Shown here: piece after piece, positions 1-10,000 of the stretch
How the letters are laid out: each line of letters begins with the position of its first letter
How positions within the stretch are numbered: position 1 is the stretch's first letter
Assembly (NCBI GenBank): GCA_963707955.1
Contig: OY970176.1
Span: 2,112,001 to 2,176,000, forward strand
Reading direction: 5' to 3'
DNA from: Candidatus Bathyarchaeota archaeon
GTDB taxonomy: Archaea; Thermoproteota; Bathyarchaeia; Bathyarchaeales; Bathycorpusculaceae
DNA: 64,000 bases
Position numbers and translations under genes: made by a program
Notes under the pieces: generated by a model
The model's database searches: none
Seen by the model: the letters and a program-made list of their open reading frames with translations, nothing else
Told to the model about the DNA's origin: nothing

Positions 1-645
1 ACATTTGCAAATCAAACTGTAGACTTTGACTGGATAGCGACCAGAGGCACACACAACGTTACGATAGTTGTCAACGGTGCTCAATTAATCCCAGAATCTG
101 ATTACAGCAACAACCAGGCTCAAACAAGCATAACCGTACTTGCCGACGACGTGGCCATCGCAAACGTTACAAATGCTAAGAATGTTGTGGGCCAAGGATT
201 CTCATTCAACGTGAGTGTTACGGCGGCAAACGATGGAGATTTCACAGAAACCTTCAATGTCACGGCATACGTCAACGCAACCATCATAGCATCAGAAAAC
301 GTCAACTTACTAGCTGGCAACTCCACGACAGTCACCTTCGCATGGAACACTACTAGCTTTGTCTACGGCAACTACACCATAAGCGCTTACGCTTGGCCCG
401 TCCCAGGCGAAATAAACATGGCAAACAATAACATGACTGGTGGCACGGTCTACGTGGGCATCCCAGGAGACATAGCCGGCGACGGCAGAGTTGACATGGG
501 CGACATAGTCAGCCTATGCTTGGCTTTTGGTTCAACAGTGGGACAATCAAGGTGCGTTCCAAACTGTGACATAGACGGCAATGGCAGAGTCGACATGAGC
601 GACATAATCATCGCCCTACGCAACTTCGGACAACACTACCCATAA
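1..645 (+). CDS. 5'-truncated secreted surface protein: CARDB-like Ig domains plus C-terminal dockerin-like domain
   Basis: Frame 1 is open from base 1 (TFANQTVDFDWIATRGTHNVTIVVNG...IPESDYSNNQA, DVAIANVT...PVPGEINMANN, CARDB-like). It ends in a duplicated GDxxGDGRVDMxD EF-hand-like dockerin motif and NFGQHYP. Confidence 0.85.
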   Translation, partial: TFANQTVDFDWIATRGTHNVTIVVNGAQLIPESDYSNNQAQTSITVLADDVAIANVTNAKNVVGQGFSFNVSVTAANDGDFTETFNVTAYVNATIIASENVNLLAGNSTTVTFAWNTTSFVYGNYTISAYAWPVPGEINMANNNMTGGTVYVGIPGDIAGDGRVDMGDIVSLCLAFGSTVGQSRCVPNCDIDGNGRVDMSDIIIALRNFGQHYP

Positions 646-946
646 CCCCGTTTTAGCACGGGACGGAGGAGGATATTCGAGTGTTTAGCCGATGAGAACA
701 CAACTAGCCCCCTGCACCGAAGAAGCAACCGCTCTTCGCAGCTGCCTTTGCATTGAGCAGTCCTATGGAAAGTTGAGAAAACCGAGTATATAATATAGAA
801 TCGGTTGCCTTGGTTTCCATAGGACAGTCTATGCAGGCCGAGAGACGGTTAACCTGCCCTAACAGCATCAACAAATCCAACAGTATCTTTTCTACTGTTA
901 TGAATGCCTCTAGTAGAAGTTCCCTGAGTTGTGGCAGTTACGGACA

Positions 947-973
947 AGTTGTTGGAGTTGTTGGAAGTGTTGG
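947..973. repeat. Short tandem repeat, 9 bp x3 (AGTTGTTGG)
   Basis: agttgttgg-agttgttgg-aagtgttgg in an intergenic region. Confidence 0.5.
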
Positions 974-1075
974 ATGTTAGCCCTTCTGCAGCCCCAAAGA
1001 AGCCATTTTTGGAAGGCTTTCGCCCAGAACCCAGCGCGCGCTAATAGAGAAATGTTATAAGCCAATCGGTGAAGA

Positions 1076-1681
1076 TTGTCGCGTGGGATGTGTCATTTGA
1101 GGCCCAACTATTTAGGTATAATCGGAGGCATATTGGCTTTCATCAGCCTGGTGTTACCTTGGTGGGCTGTGAGCATTTCGAGTTCAGCCATGGGAAATAT
1201 TTTTTCTGATGAGGCGACTTTGTATCTATACCAAGCGAAGGTATCAATACTTGGAACATCAACGGCTGCTTCTAATCCTTGGTATGCTTCGACTGCTCTG
1301 GCATTTCTTGTCCTAAGCGGCTTGCTGGGTTTGACAGGCAGTGTTATTGCCAACGGTAGAAGGATAGTACTTGCACTTGGTGGGATACTTGCCTTGTTTT
1401 CTATTATTGTATTCGCTGCAGGATTGCAAAGCGATATTTCAAACGGGGCGGTGGGGGGTTACCCAACAGGAGCAAGTTTGTTCTCCAGCGGTTCCTACAG
1501 CCTCTTTGGAACAATCATTAATTATTCGGCATACTTGTCTTTCGGCTTCTGGCTGGCCTTGGTTGCCGCAATCTTAATGTTTGCCGCGCTAACGAGAAAA
1601 CCCGCTGAGGCAATACCACCTCCCCAACCTTCCCCTCCGCCACCAAGCGCGCGCTGTGGAAGTGTTTCTGTGATACTCTAA
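1076..1681 (+). CDS. Hypothetical 4-TM membrane protein with Pro-rich tail
   Basis: Hydrophobic helices, LPWW motif, 'SFGFWLALVAAIL', PPPQPSPPPP tail. TATA-like ttataa about 20 nt upstream. Confidence 0.7.
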   Translation: MSRGMCHLRPNYLGIIGGILAFISLVLPWWAVSISSSAMGNIFSDEATLYLYQAKVSILGTSTAASNPWYASTALAFLVLSGLLGLTGSVIANGRRIVLALGGILALFSIIVFAAGLQSDISNGAVGGYPTGASLFSSGSYSLFGTIINYSAYLSFGFWLALVAAILMFAALTRKPAEAIPPPQPSPPPPSARCGSVSVIL

Positions 1682-1743
1682 GGGGCATGGCAAAAAGCTG
1701 GTGCCTCTTCCGAAATGACAGACTTCGCGCGTGATCCTTTAGA

Positions 1744-2037
1744 TTAAGTAGGCGCTGTTGTGACGTCGTAGTCTTCGTCCACGATTGGCAGAGCTTGTTT
1801 GAGTTCTCTGAAATATTCGAGCACCGTTATGCCTCTTTGAGTTATTGAGTAGGCCGCTCTTTGTCTCCCTACGTTCCGCTTTTCAACTAGGTTCTGCTTC
1901 ATTAGAAAGTCTAAATACCCCTTCAACACGCAGCAGTTAACGTTGGTCTCATACACTATGTGCGTCAGCTTCAGCTGACCACTGCAGGACAGAACCTTAA
2001 GAATGTCCAAATACATCTCAAGCTTTGATCTTCTCAA
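1744..2037 (-). CDS. Winged helix-turn-helix transcriptional regulator (archaeal RRSKLE-type)
   Basis: MRRSKLEMYLDILKVL...LTHIVYETNVN...YLDFL...YSITQRG pattern. Confidence 0.85.
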   Translation of the reverse strand: MRRSKLEMYLDILKVLSCSGQLKLTHIVYETNVNCCVLKGYLDFLMKQNLVEKRNVGRQRAAYSITQRGITVLEYFRELKQALPIVDEDYDVTTAPT

Positions 2038-2758
2038 ACACTTGCCCTCTTTCCCTCATACCTTGCCATCCGGACTATAAGCATCTTACGTATCAAAAAT
2101 ACATCTCTACATTCAAGCTTGACAATCCCAAAGCAAAAAGCAACGTTAAGAAGAATCCCATGGCGCGCGCTTCCCAGTGTCATAATTGCCATAAACCCGA
2201 CTAGAGGATTCTTCTAGAACTATCTTCCATAAGCAATATGTGGCCATTAAACAAAGTCTTCAGTGAAAGGAGAAGGGAGAAAACAAAAGTAAGGAGAGGG
2301 AAGAAGCCAAGGGGAGAAAGGAGGAAGAATTTCATGCCCCTTCCCTCAACCTTATACATTGCCGTATACAGCTTTTTGCTTAAGTCTTTGTCGCTCAATT
2401 CTTCTTGTTCCTGTCGTTTCTCCTATCCAGAACTTTCTTTCAAAACTGACAAGTACGAGTTGCGCTGGCGGCGCGAGCCATAACATTGCTCCTTCGCCGA
2501 GCCATGTTAATGAGTCGGCCTTCCCGAGCTTTCCAGTCTAGGCTGCCGAGCTTGCCTTTCTAAGTTGTCAGCATGGGAGCCGCTGGAGAACCGATGGGGG
2601 GGTAGGCTAGTGGTGGTCCCAGAGCTGGGCATTTCTGGGCAGGATTCGGCCAAAGGGCGCGCGCCTTGTAACAAAGGAAATGGGCATCCTTTTTCGCTGG
2701 ATAACGAATATATAACGATGTTGACTCTAGGATTGCTTGAAGAGATCGGTGCTCAGCG

Positions 2759-3049
2759 TTGAAAGTCAAGGTTGAATACCTCGGACACATCAAAAACATG
2801 ACCGGCGACAAGAGACAGGAAGAGATTGAGATGAGAAACGACTCGTCAATCGCCGACCTGCTTGCGTTGCTGTCGAGAAAATATGGTGAGCCCTTCAAGA
2901 AAGCTGTCTACGAATCTGGCGGTGCAGACGTGAAATCAAACTTCATGGCCACTGTGAACGGGTACCTGCTCAACCAGCTGAAGGGTGTTGAAACGAAACT
3001 CAAAAACGGGGATCACGTTATCTTGATGCCTGTGGTCAGCGGCGGCTGA
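2759..3049 (+). CDS. MoaD/ThiS-family ubiquitin-like sulfur carrier (SAMP-like)
   Basis: 96 aa beta-grasp pattern, VNG...LKNGD, C-terminal SGG. Confidence 0.9.
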   Translation: MKVKVEYLGHIKNMTGDKRQEEIEMRNDSSIADLLALLSRKYGEPFKKAVYESGGADVKSNFMATVNGYLLNQLKGVETKLKNGDHVILMPVVSGG

Positions 3050-3112
3050 GAAGAGCAAAGCATTTTAGCCAAGAACCCGTAGTAAGAGATTCTTTCATAG
3101 TGGTGAACACCG

Positions 3113-4186
3113 TTGAAGAGAATCGATGCTCTTAAGGAACTAGCCTTTGAAAAGAAAGATTTTGACGCATTTCTTGTCGCAAGCGAGTCTAACCTGTTTT
3201 ATTTAACAGGAACCCCAGGTGCAGCATGCCTTCTGATTCCGAAGAAAGGGGAAAACACGATCTACGTGTACGGCGTCAACTTCGAGCAGACAAAAGCAGA
3301 AGCAAAAGGGTTCAAGGTTGAACTTCTCAAACGAGGAGAAAAACTCGGTGAGAAAATCGGCCCAGGTCTCAAGGCGCTGAATGTCAAGAAACTCGCGTCA
3401 GACCCGCTCAACTACGAACTCCACCGTCTCCTAGCAAGAGCCATTCGTGGACACGCAAAACTGAAAATGCAAGGAGACCTCATAAGCGGACTGCGTAAAG
3501 TAAAGGGCAAAGAGGAACTCGACCGCATGCGAAAGGCTGGAGAAATAACAGTGGCAGGCATGAAAGCCGCTTACGAAACAATAAGGCCTGACGTGACTGA
3601 GATCGAAGTCGCAGCCGAAATCGAGTACGCAATGCGGAAGAAAGGAGGCTACGGAACAGCGTTTGGCACGATCGTGGCTTCAGGCATTCGCTCTGCATAC
3701 CCTCACGGTGGCTGCGCTGAGAGAAAAATCCGCAAGGGCGACCTAGTAGTCGTTGACATCGGAGCGGTTTACGAGTATTACTGTTCCGACATGACAAGAA
3801 CTTTCGCCGCTGGCGAACCATCAGACAAGCAGAAGAAACTCTACGAGGTCGTGAAGACAGCCGAAAGAGAGGCTTATCAGGCAATAAGGGCCAAAGCACG
3901 AGGGAAAGACGTGGATCAAGCAGCCCGCAAGATAATAGAGGATGCAGGTTACGGCGAGTATTTCAATCACGGTTTAGGTCATGGAGTAGGGTTAGAAGTT
4001 CACGAAGGACCGGGTTTGTCTCCGATTAGCAAGGATAGACTAGCTGTTGGAAACGTAGTAACGGATGAACCAGGCATTTACATTCCGGGTTTCGGAGGCG
4101 TCCGAATCGAAGACAGCGTACTCGTGAAACAACGCGTGTCCGAAAAGTTCACTGATGGCTTCTACAGTCTGGAGACTGCAAGATAA
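3113..4186 (+). CDS. Xaa-Pro aminopeptidase/prolidase (M24B)
   Basis: Metal ligands: DIGA..Y.SDMTRT, HGLGHGVGLEVHE, EPGIY, GGVRIED. Confidence 0.95.
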   Translation: MKRIDALKELAFEKKDFDAFLVASESNLFYLTGTPGAACLLIPKKGENTIYVYGVNFEQTKAEAKGFKVELLKRGEKLGEKIGPGLKALNVKKLASDPLNYELHRLLARAIRGHAKLKMQGDLISGLRKVKGKEELDRMRKAGEITVAGMKAAYETIRPDVTEIEVAAEIEYAMRKKGGYGTAFGTIVASGIRSAYPHGGCAERKIRKGDLVVVDIGAVYEYYCSDMTRTFAAGEPSDKQKKLYEVVKTAEREAYQAIRAKARGKDVDQAARKIIEDAGYGEYFNHGLGHGVGLEVHEGPGLSPISKDRLAVGNVVTDEPGIYIPGFGGVRIEDSVLVKQRVSEKFTDGFYSLETAR

Positions 4187-4372
4187 GTCTACCAGGTTCC
4201 GTTAACTCTTAGGGGGCCTAAAGAAGTTTGTTAACCAGGGAGGCTTTTTTTGCATTGTTCTCGTTACTTTCGCATTGAACAGAATTACGAATAGAAGATA
4301 TTCCTTTCTTCACCAGAACGACGGACATCCAACTTGAAAGTTGTCCCCGAACCCAGTCTCAAGATTTCAAGC

Positions 4373-5173
4373 CTACGCAGGCTTCCTGCCCCAAGCACTG
4401 AACATAGTAGCTCCAAGATAATCGAATGCCCGATCCTTGAGTAACCGCTGAACAGTGTCATGCTGCTCCTACGTAAGCAATCCTGCCGCAATCATCGGTT
4501 TTGCTCCCATTAAGAGCGTTGCTGCGTCAAACTGCGCCAATGAGTCGCCTCCTCGACAAGCAAAGGTCAATCCTTCTTGAGTCACATCGACAAGTCCAAG
4601 CTGTTCTATAAGACTGCGCACTCGACGTCCCAAATATGCATCAACCACTTTCCTCTTCCGCAGAAAATCGACACTATCTCTCCAAGTTTTAGTGAAAATG
4701 GCGACAGAAGGGTTCGTGATGTCTGTGGACAACATAGAGCCATAATCCCATTCCTCAGCCATCAGCCAACCACCTGGGCGCACTGCGTCAGCCATTCTTT
4801 TCAACGCTTTTTCAGGTTCAGGAAGTTGCATGAGTAAGGTGCGGCAGTAAACCAAGTCGAATTGTCCTGTCTCTAGATCCTCTTTTGTGATGTCGTGTTG
4901 ACGTATTTCGATGTTGGGAGCGCTTAGCAGTCGAAGGAATCTCGTGTTAATCTCGGTGGCCACGATTCTTCCTCCTGGGCCTATACGTCTTGAGAGCCAT
5001 TGTGCCACTGAACCTGTACCTGCACCGACTTCGAGGCATTTCCAGCCTTCGGAAACACCTATCATTTCAAGATGACGTTTTGTCGAAGGGTCAAAGATTC
5101 TCTCTAATATTCTGAGGCGATTAAGCTCTACTTCATCTTTCTCGTCGGTTGCGATGTACCGATGTTCACTCAT
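4373..5173 (-). pseudogene. Class I SAM-dependent methyltransferase interrupted by an in-frame TAG at 4469-4471
   Basis: LEVGAGTG motif I, FDLVYCR, LKRM..AVRPGGWL. After the TAG the frame continues 31 aa (EQHDTVQRLLKDRAFDYLGATMFSAWGRKPA*), a typical ending for this family. Confidence 0.75.
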
Positions 5174-5691
5174 CTTAACTCCTTCTTACGTTTATTTTGA
5201 CGTATTTATGAATTTAGTGTCTTTGAGCTATCACTTCAAAGGTACAGAGAATCGATCGGTTCCAAAAACTCTGCGAGCAAAATGAACACCAATCGGTCAA
5301 TGATGATTCTCCATCGAGGCTTTCTTGATTGGAGACAACCAATTCTCAGGCGTTGAGTTACCACCGATTTTGGCTTGTTACGCAGGATCTTTCCATTCAA
5401 TGCAATGTGAGGTCCACAGAGATGATCGAAAACGTACCTGGCACTAGAACAGCTTCCACTGCATACCAGAAAAAGAGACGAGGCGATGTGGCACTACCTA
5501 AGACGGAACAGACACAACTTGTTATCCGCTTTGACCCAACTCAAAAGTCATAACTGACTCTACTTGGTAAAAACCTATTTGGTTAACATGGACAAACATT
5601 TATCCATGCAAGACCCGAAGAGTTAACAGAACCGTCTACCATAAACTATTTTTCGTCCCTTTCCTTCAGATAGTTTCAGGAGCACGATTCT

Positions 5692-6249
5692 ATGGATAGA
5701 AAAGCCGTAATAGTTCTTGACATGCTCAACGACTTCGTCACTGGAGACTTAAAGTGCGAGAGAGCGTTGCACATAATCCCAAACTTGAAAAAACTTATCG
5801 TGGCTGCCCGCAACCACGGAGTGCCAATCATCTACAGCAACGATGCGCATCTTCCTCTGGACGAGGAGGTCGTTGCAAGGTGGGGAAAACACGCCATAAA
5901 GGGCACTGCGGGAGCAGAAGTGATTCCCGCGCTGAGACCGACTAGGAAGGATTATGTCGTCGAAAAGAGAACGTACAGCGGTTTCCATGAGACAGGCTTA
6001 GACATGCTGTTGAGAGGCTTGTACCATGGAGAAGGCGTCAGGACCGTGATCCTCACAGGCTTGCACACGAACATATGTGTCAGACACACGGCCGCGGACG
6101 CTTTCTTCAGAGGATACAAGATCACAGTGGCAGAAGACGGAGTCGAAGCCTTCACCCAAGAAGACTATGAACAAGGACTCAAATATTTGAAAGACATCTA
6201 CAACGCGAAGATAATGACAGTTGAGCAGATAATAAGAGAGTTCGGTTAG
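5692..6249 (+). CDS. Isochorismatase/cysteine hydrolase family (nicotinamidase-like)
   Basis: VLDMLNDF, EKRTYSGF, GLHTNICVRHTAADA catalytic motifs. Confidence 0.93.
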   Translation: MDRKAVIVLDMLNDFVTGDLKCERALHIIPNLKKLIVAARNHGVPIIYSNDAHLPLDEEVVARWGKHAIKGTAGAEVIPALRPTRKDYVVEKRTYSGFHETGLDMLLRGLYHGEGVRTVILTGLHTNICVRHTAADAFFRGYKITVAEDGVEAFTQEDYEQGLKYLKDIYNAKIMTVEQIIREFG

Positions 6250-6428
6250 GATTACGCGGCTGTTTTCCCAGCGTGGCCCACACGCGTTTTTTCGTGGAAA
6301 AGAAGAAATTCAAACAAGAAATCGGGCAAGCCATGAGCGAAAGGCACTTTTTTTTGTCTTTTTTGGTAATAGAATTCAAAAAACAGGAAAAAATTTAAAA
6401 GCAACATATGCATGAAATACGGGAAGTG

Positions 6429-6507
6429 AATGAGGGAAATGGAAGAATTAATTTCTGCTCCCTTCTCTCCTTTCTCCCTATCGAAGTGACAGACCATTTC
6501 CCTCATT
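6429..6507. repeat. 14-bp perfect inverted repeat (AATGAGGGAAATGG / CCATTTCCCTCATT) with ~51-nt spacer
   Basis: Arms at 6429-6442 and 6494-6507; imperfect extension to gaagtg...cacttc. Confidence 0.55.
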
Positions 6508-6681
6508 TACACTTCTTTAGTACCATTCTGACCACTTATAGCTTATGGAACAATCTTCTAGTCGCACCAGAAATAATGAGACCCTGTTGACTCAAATGTT
6601 TCAGCTTGGGAATATGCCTTTTTAACTTAGCGCCCAAGATAATTCAGTGGCTCGCTCCGACAGTTTGGGTTGATGACATAC

Positions 6682-6801
6682 ATGGTCAGAAAGATCTTTT
6701 GCGATAGGTGTGGATGCGAATTAAAGCCCTGCGAACTCATTCAATTACTGGACCGGGATTTGTGCTCTATCTGCAGCAGAGAAGTTGTTAGAGCCAAGTG
6801 A
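6682..6801 (+). CDS. Small zinc-finger microprotein (39 aa), below the ORF-track cutoff
   Basis: MVRKIFCDRCGCELKPCELIQLLDRDLCSICSREVVRAK*: CxxC...DLCxxC. Confidence 0.6.
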   Translation: MVRKIFCDRCGCELKPCELIQLLDRDLCSICSREVVRAK

Positions 6802-7050
6802 GGAATTTCTCCAGCGGCGCAAACACGTAGGAACAGTTTTGTTACACATCATGCAACCTGCTGGCGAGCCAAAACCAGTAATTCAACATTTTTCAAATTG
6901 CGATGTTACAGGAACAATCTGTTCGTGACAAACTCGCAGTAAGACATGTGCGTGCGCCCAATCATATGCGGCGGGATATGATGTATGTTTTATTTTTTGA
7001 CGCAAAATGTTATATGTTGAGTCAAATATAAAACACCGCGGGGAAACGCT

Positions 7051-10000
7051 GTGGCTTCTGTTAGGCATCAGCGTGGTAAGGTTTTTGGAATCGCGCTGTG
7101 CGTCGTGTTGGCTTTGTCGGTTTATCCTGGAATTGTGGGCGTGGTGAGTGAACTGTTTGGGACAGGCTTTATCGAATCGATGAGGCTGTCAAGCCAATCT
7201 GGCTCAAAGAGTGATGGTCGGTTTGCGATGGGCGACACCATCAACGTTTCAGCCGCGGTTACGCGTGGCAACTTCTACCAGTTGAACGTGTACGACAACA
7301 ACGACCGCTTGGTGTTCGAGGAGGACGGGACGGTGAAAGACTCCGACGTCAACGCCGTCGTGCCTATCCTCCCGCCGTCTTTCAACGCCAGCCGAACGTA
7401 TAGCTTGGTACTCGACGAGGGCGTCGTCAACACCCCTCTTCTCGGCGTGGGCGCCTACGACTCTTCCTCCACGGCCTTCACAGTCGTCCAGGGCCTGACG
7501 AACCTGAACCTAACGTCAGACTACAACGCGGTCACCCACGAGCTTCGAGCTGTGGCCCTCCTCACCACCAACGATTCCGTGCCCGTCGTAAACGAAACGG
7601 TAAGCCTCTACATGCAACCCGACTTGGACGTAGCCCTAACCAGCAGGGGATGGATCTGCTTAGGCCAGGTCTTGACGGACGCGAACGGTACAGCGCTGTT
7701 TGACGTTGCCGTGAACGCGAAAGGCGGCGATTACGGGCTACAAGCAAGGTTTGCCGGAGACAACAACTTCGAATCGTCCACTTCCCAGAACGCCACTCGG
7801 TTCGTCGAAGTCTCGCCAGTGCCGTTCCTACACATAGTGGGCGTCACGAAGGTCGAAAACGCAGTCACCACGCTCCTGCAAGTCACCGACAGCTACGGTT
7901 TTCCGCTCGGAGGAAGACTCATCTCGTACGAAGACTTGACGTCGGGCGGGCAACCCGTCTACGCCATCAGCAACGGTGCCGGCTACGCCACCGTAACCTT
8001 CAACGTCAACGCTTCCCTAAGCCTCGTCAACTCGAGACTCACAGTGCTGACAGACCCGTACACTTCGGAGCTTCGGGCCCTTGCAACGCTGAACCTGACG
8101 GGGTCAAACCCGTCTTTTGAAGCTGCATCTGGCACGAGCGCATCTGAAGGGCTGTTAATAGGCGCAGCAGCCGAAGCGCCCGCTGGCAACGCTTCCGGCG
8201 TGGACAATCCCACCTCTTCCGCGAGTGCGGACTTGAGCCAGACGGCCGTGAAATCTGCCGCCGCCCCCGCCGACACCGGTCTCCCCGACATTATCGTAAG
8301 CTTGAACGAGAACCCAGCAACGGCTGACCTGCCCGAAACATTCACCGTTAAGTTCTCCTCATACACATACCTCGGCACTGGCGTTTGGTTTAACTTTTAC
8401 GAGAATGATTCCAGTCACCTCGGGTCAGCCGGAGCCACCGAACACACCTACCGTTTTCACAACGATAATGGGGGATGGACTTTCATATACCAGTACACGG
8501 GGAGTCTCGTGTGGGAACCGGACTATTACGGAGGATGCTGGCTCTTCGTGAACGCCACGGACTCTAGTGGGCAGGATTTATTTGCTCAAGGTTCCAGCGA
8601 CTCGTTCAACATAAATCCTGCGCCCGTCAACCTGGTCGTTTATTATCCTGAAACGTTTTGCGGCGACACGTTGGACCTGTCTGTTGCCCTTTCCAGGTCG
8701 AGTGTTTACGAGCAGGATGATTCTGGCTTCTTCGTGTGCACCACGCTGGCGCCGAATGTCCAGTGGGCGGGCAACACGTACATGCTGGACTGCGGAGACA
8801 ACTCAACGCTGATTGACGTTTACGTGAACGGCTCCGAAACCAGCTTCGTTCCTAACCCTCAGGGTTTCTGCACGGTTCAGACTGATCTGGGTCCGTTGGG
8901 AAACGGCGGGTGTCTGAACGTGACCGCATTCGTCAACGGCAACAGCCGCTTCGAAGCGGTCACCGTGAACGACATTTTCAACTTCACAGAGACCAACGTT
9001 TCCGACGTGCCCTCCGCTGGCAGCGGCAACTTCGACCTGAACTATTCCCTCAGCGTCTCCAACGGTGCCGAGACAACCTACTATGACACGCAAAACTCTA
9101 TTAACGCCACCGCCTCCCTGTTTGACTCCCCAGTCTACAACGCTTCAGCCACGGTCACCACCGCCACACTCCTAAGCCGCTCAGCCACCAACAGCACCGG
9201 ATGGGTACAGATCCCCGCTGGCTGCAACTACCTCCGCGTACAGTCCGCCTGCCTCCTTCAACCCTACATGGCATCGCCACTAGCAGACGTTGATCATGAC
9301 GGATGGGTTAGCCCTCCTGGTGATAGACACGATGTAATGGAGCATGAGAACTCGACTATTGGCGATTTACTGTATGATTGGCGTTATGACCTCAACGGCG
9401 ACGGTGTGATAAACGATACTGACGTTGCCATAGTAAATGCAAGCGTTGGCCATTGTCTGGCGTATTTGGTTTCTGGGAATTCCACGGGTAACTATACTGC
9501 TAATTATGATTTTAGTGGTGTGGAAGTTGATTTTAACACGGGCCAGAACGCGTTTTTGGACAGTCTTGGCTTCGCAAGTGTTCCTGCTGGCGCCGAGTGG
9601 CTTAACATGTCGATTGGAGGCGTTGTAGAATTCTTTGCTGCTAATCCGGCTCAGAACGTTTCCACCGACAACGTCGGCGTTGCCAGCGTAGGTTGGTGCC
9701 CAGACACTGTGGGATTGGACGTTGTTCAGGCCAAACTGCCCTCAACGTTCAACGTGACTGTATCGAACTCGGCCTCTCTGCCTAATTACGCGGAGATGAA
9801 CGCTTCCTTGAACGTTGCCAACTACTTCTACGTGCTGAAGAGACCTGTGGACGTCACTGTCGACCTGCAGCCCAACGTCACCTATCCTATGAGCGAGTCT
9901 GGGAACTTCACTGCGAACGAATTAGACCAAGTTACGGGGCAACCAGTTCCAAATTTGCCCTTTAACCTGACAGTGACAAGCGTGAACGGTTGCGTTAATG

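Noticed and set aside
5180-5690. Possible transposase or gene remnant between the methyltransferase and the isochorismatase
   Set aside because: Short frames with no recognisable motif or terminal repeats.
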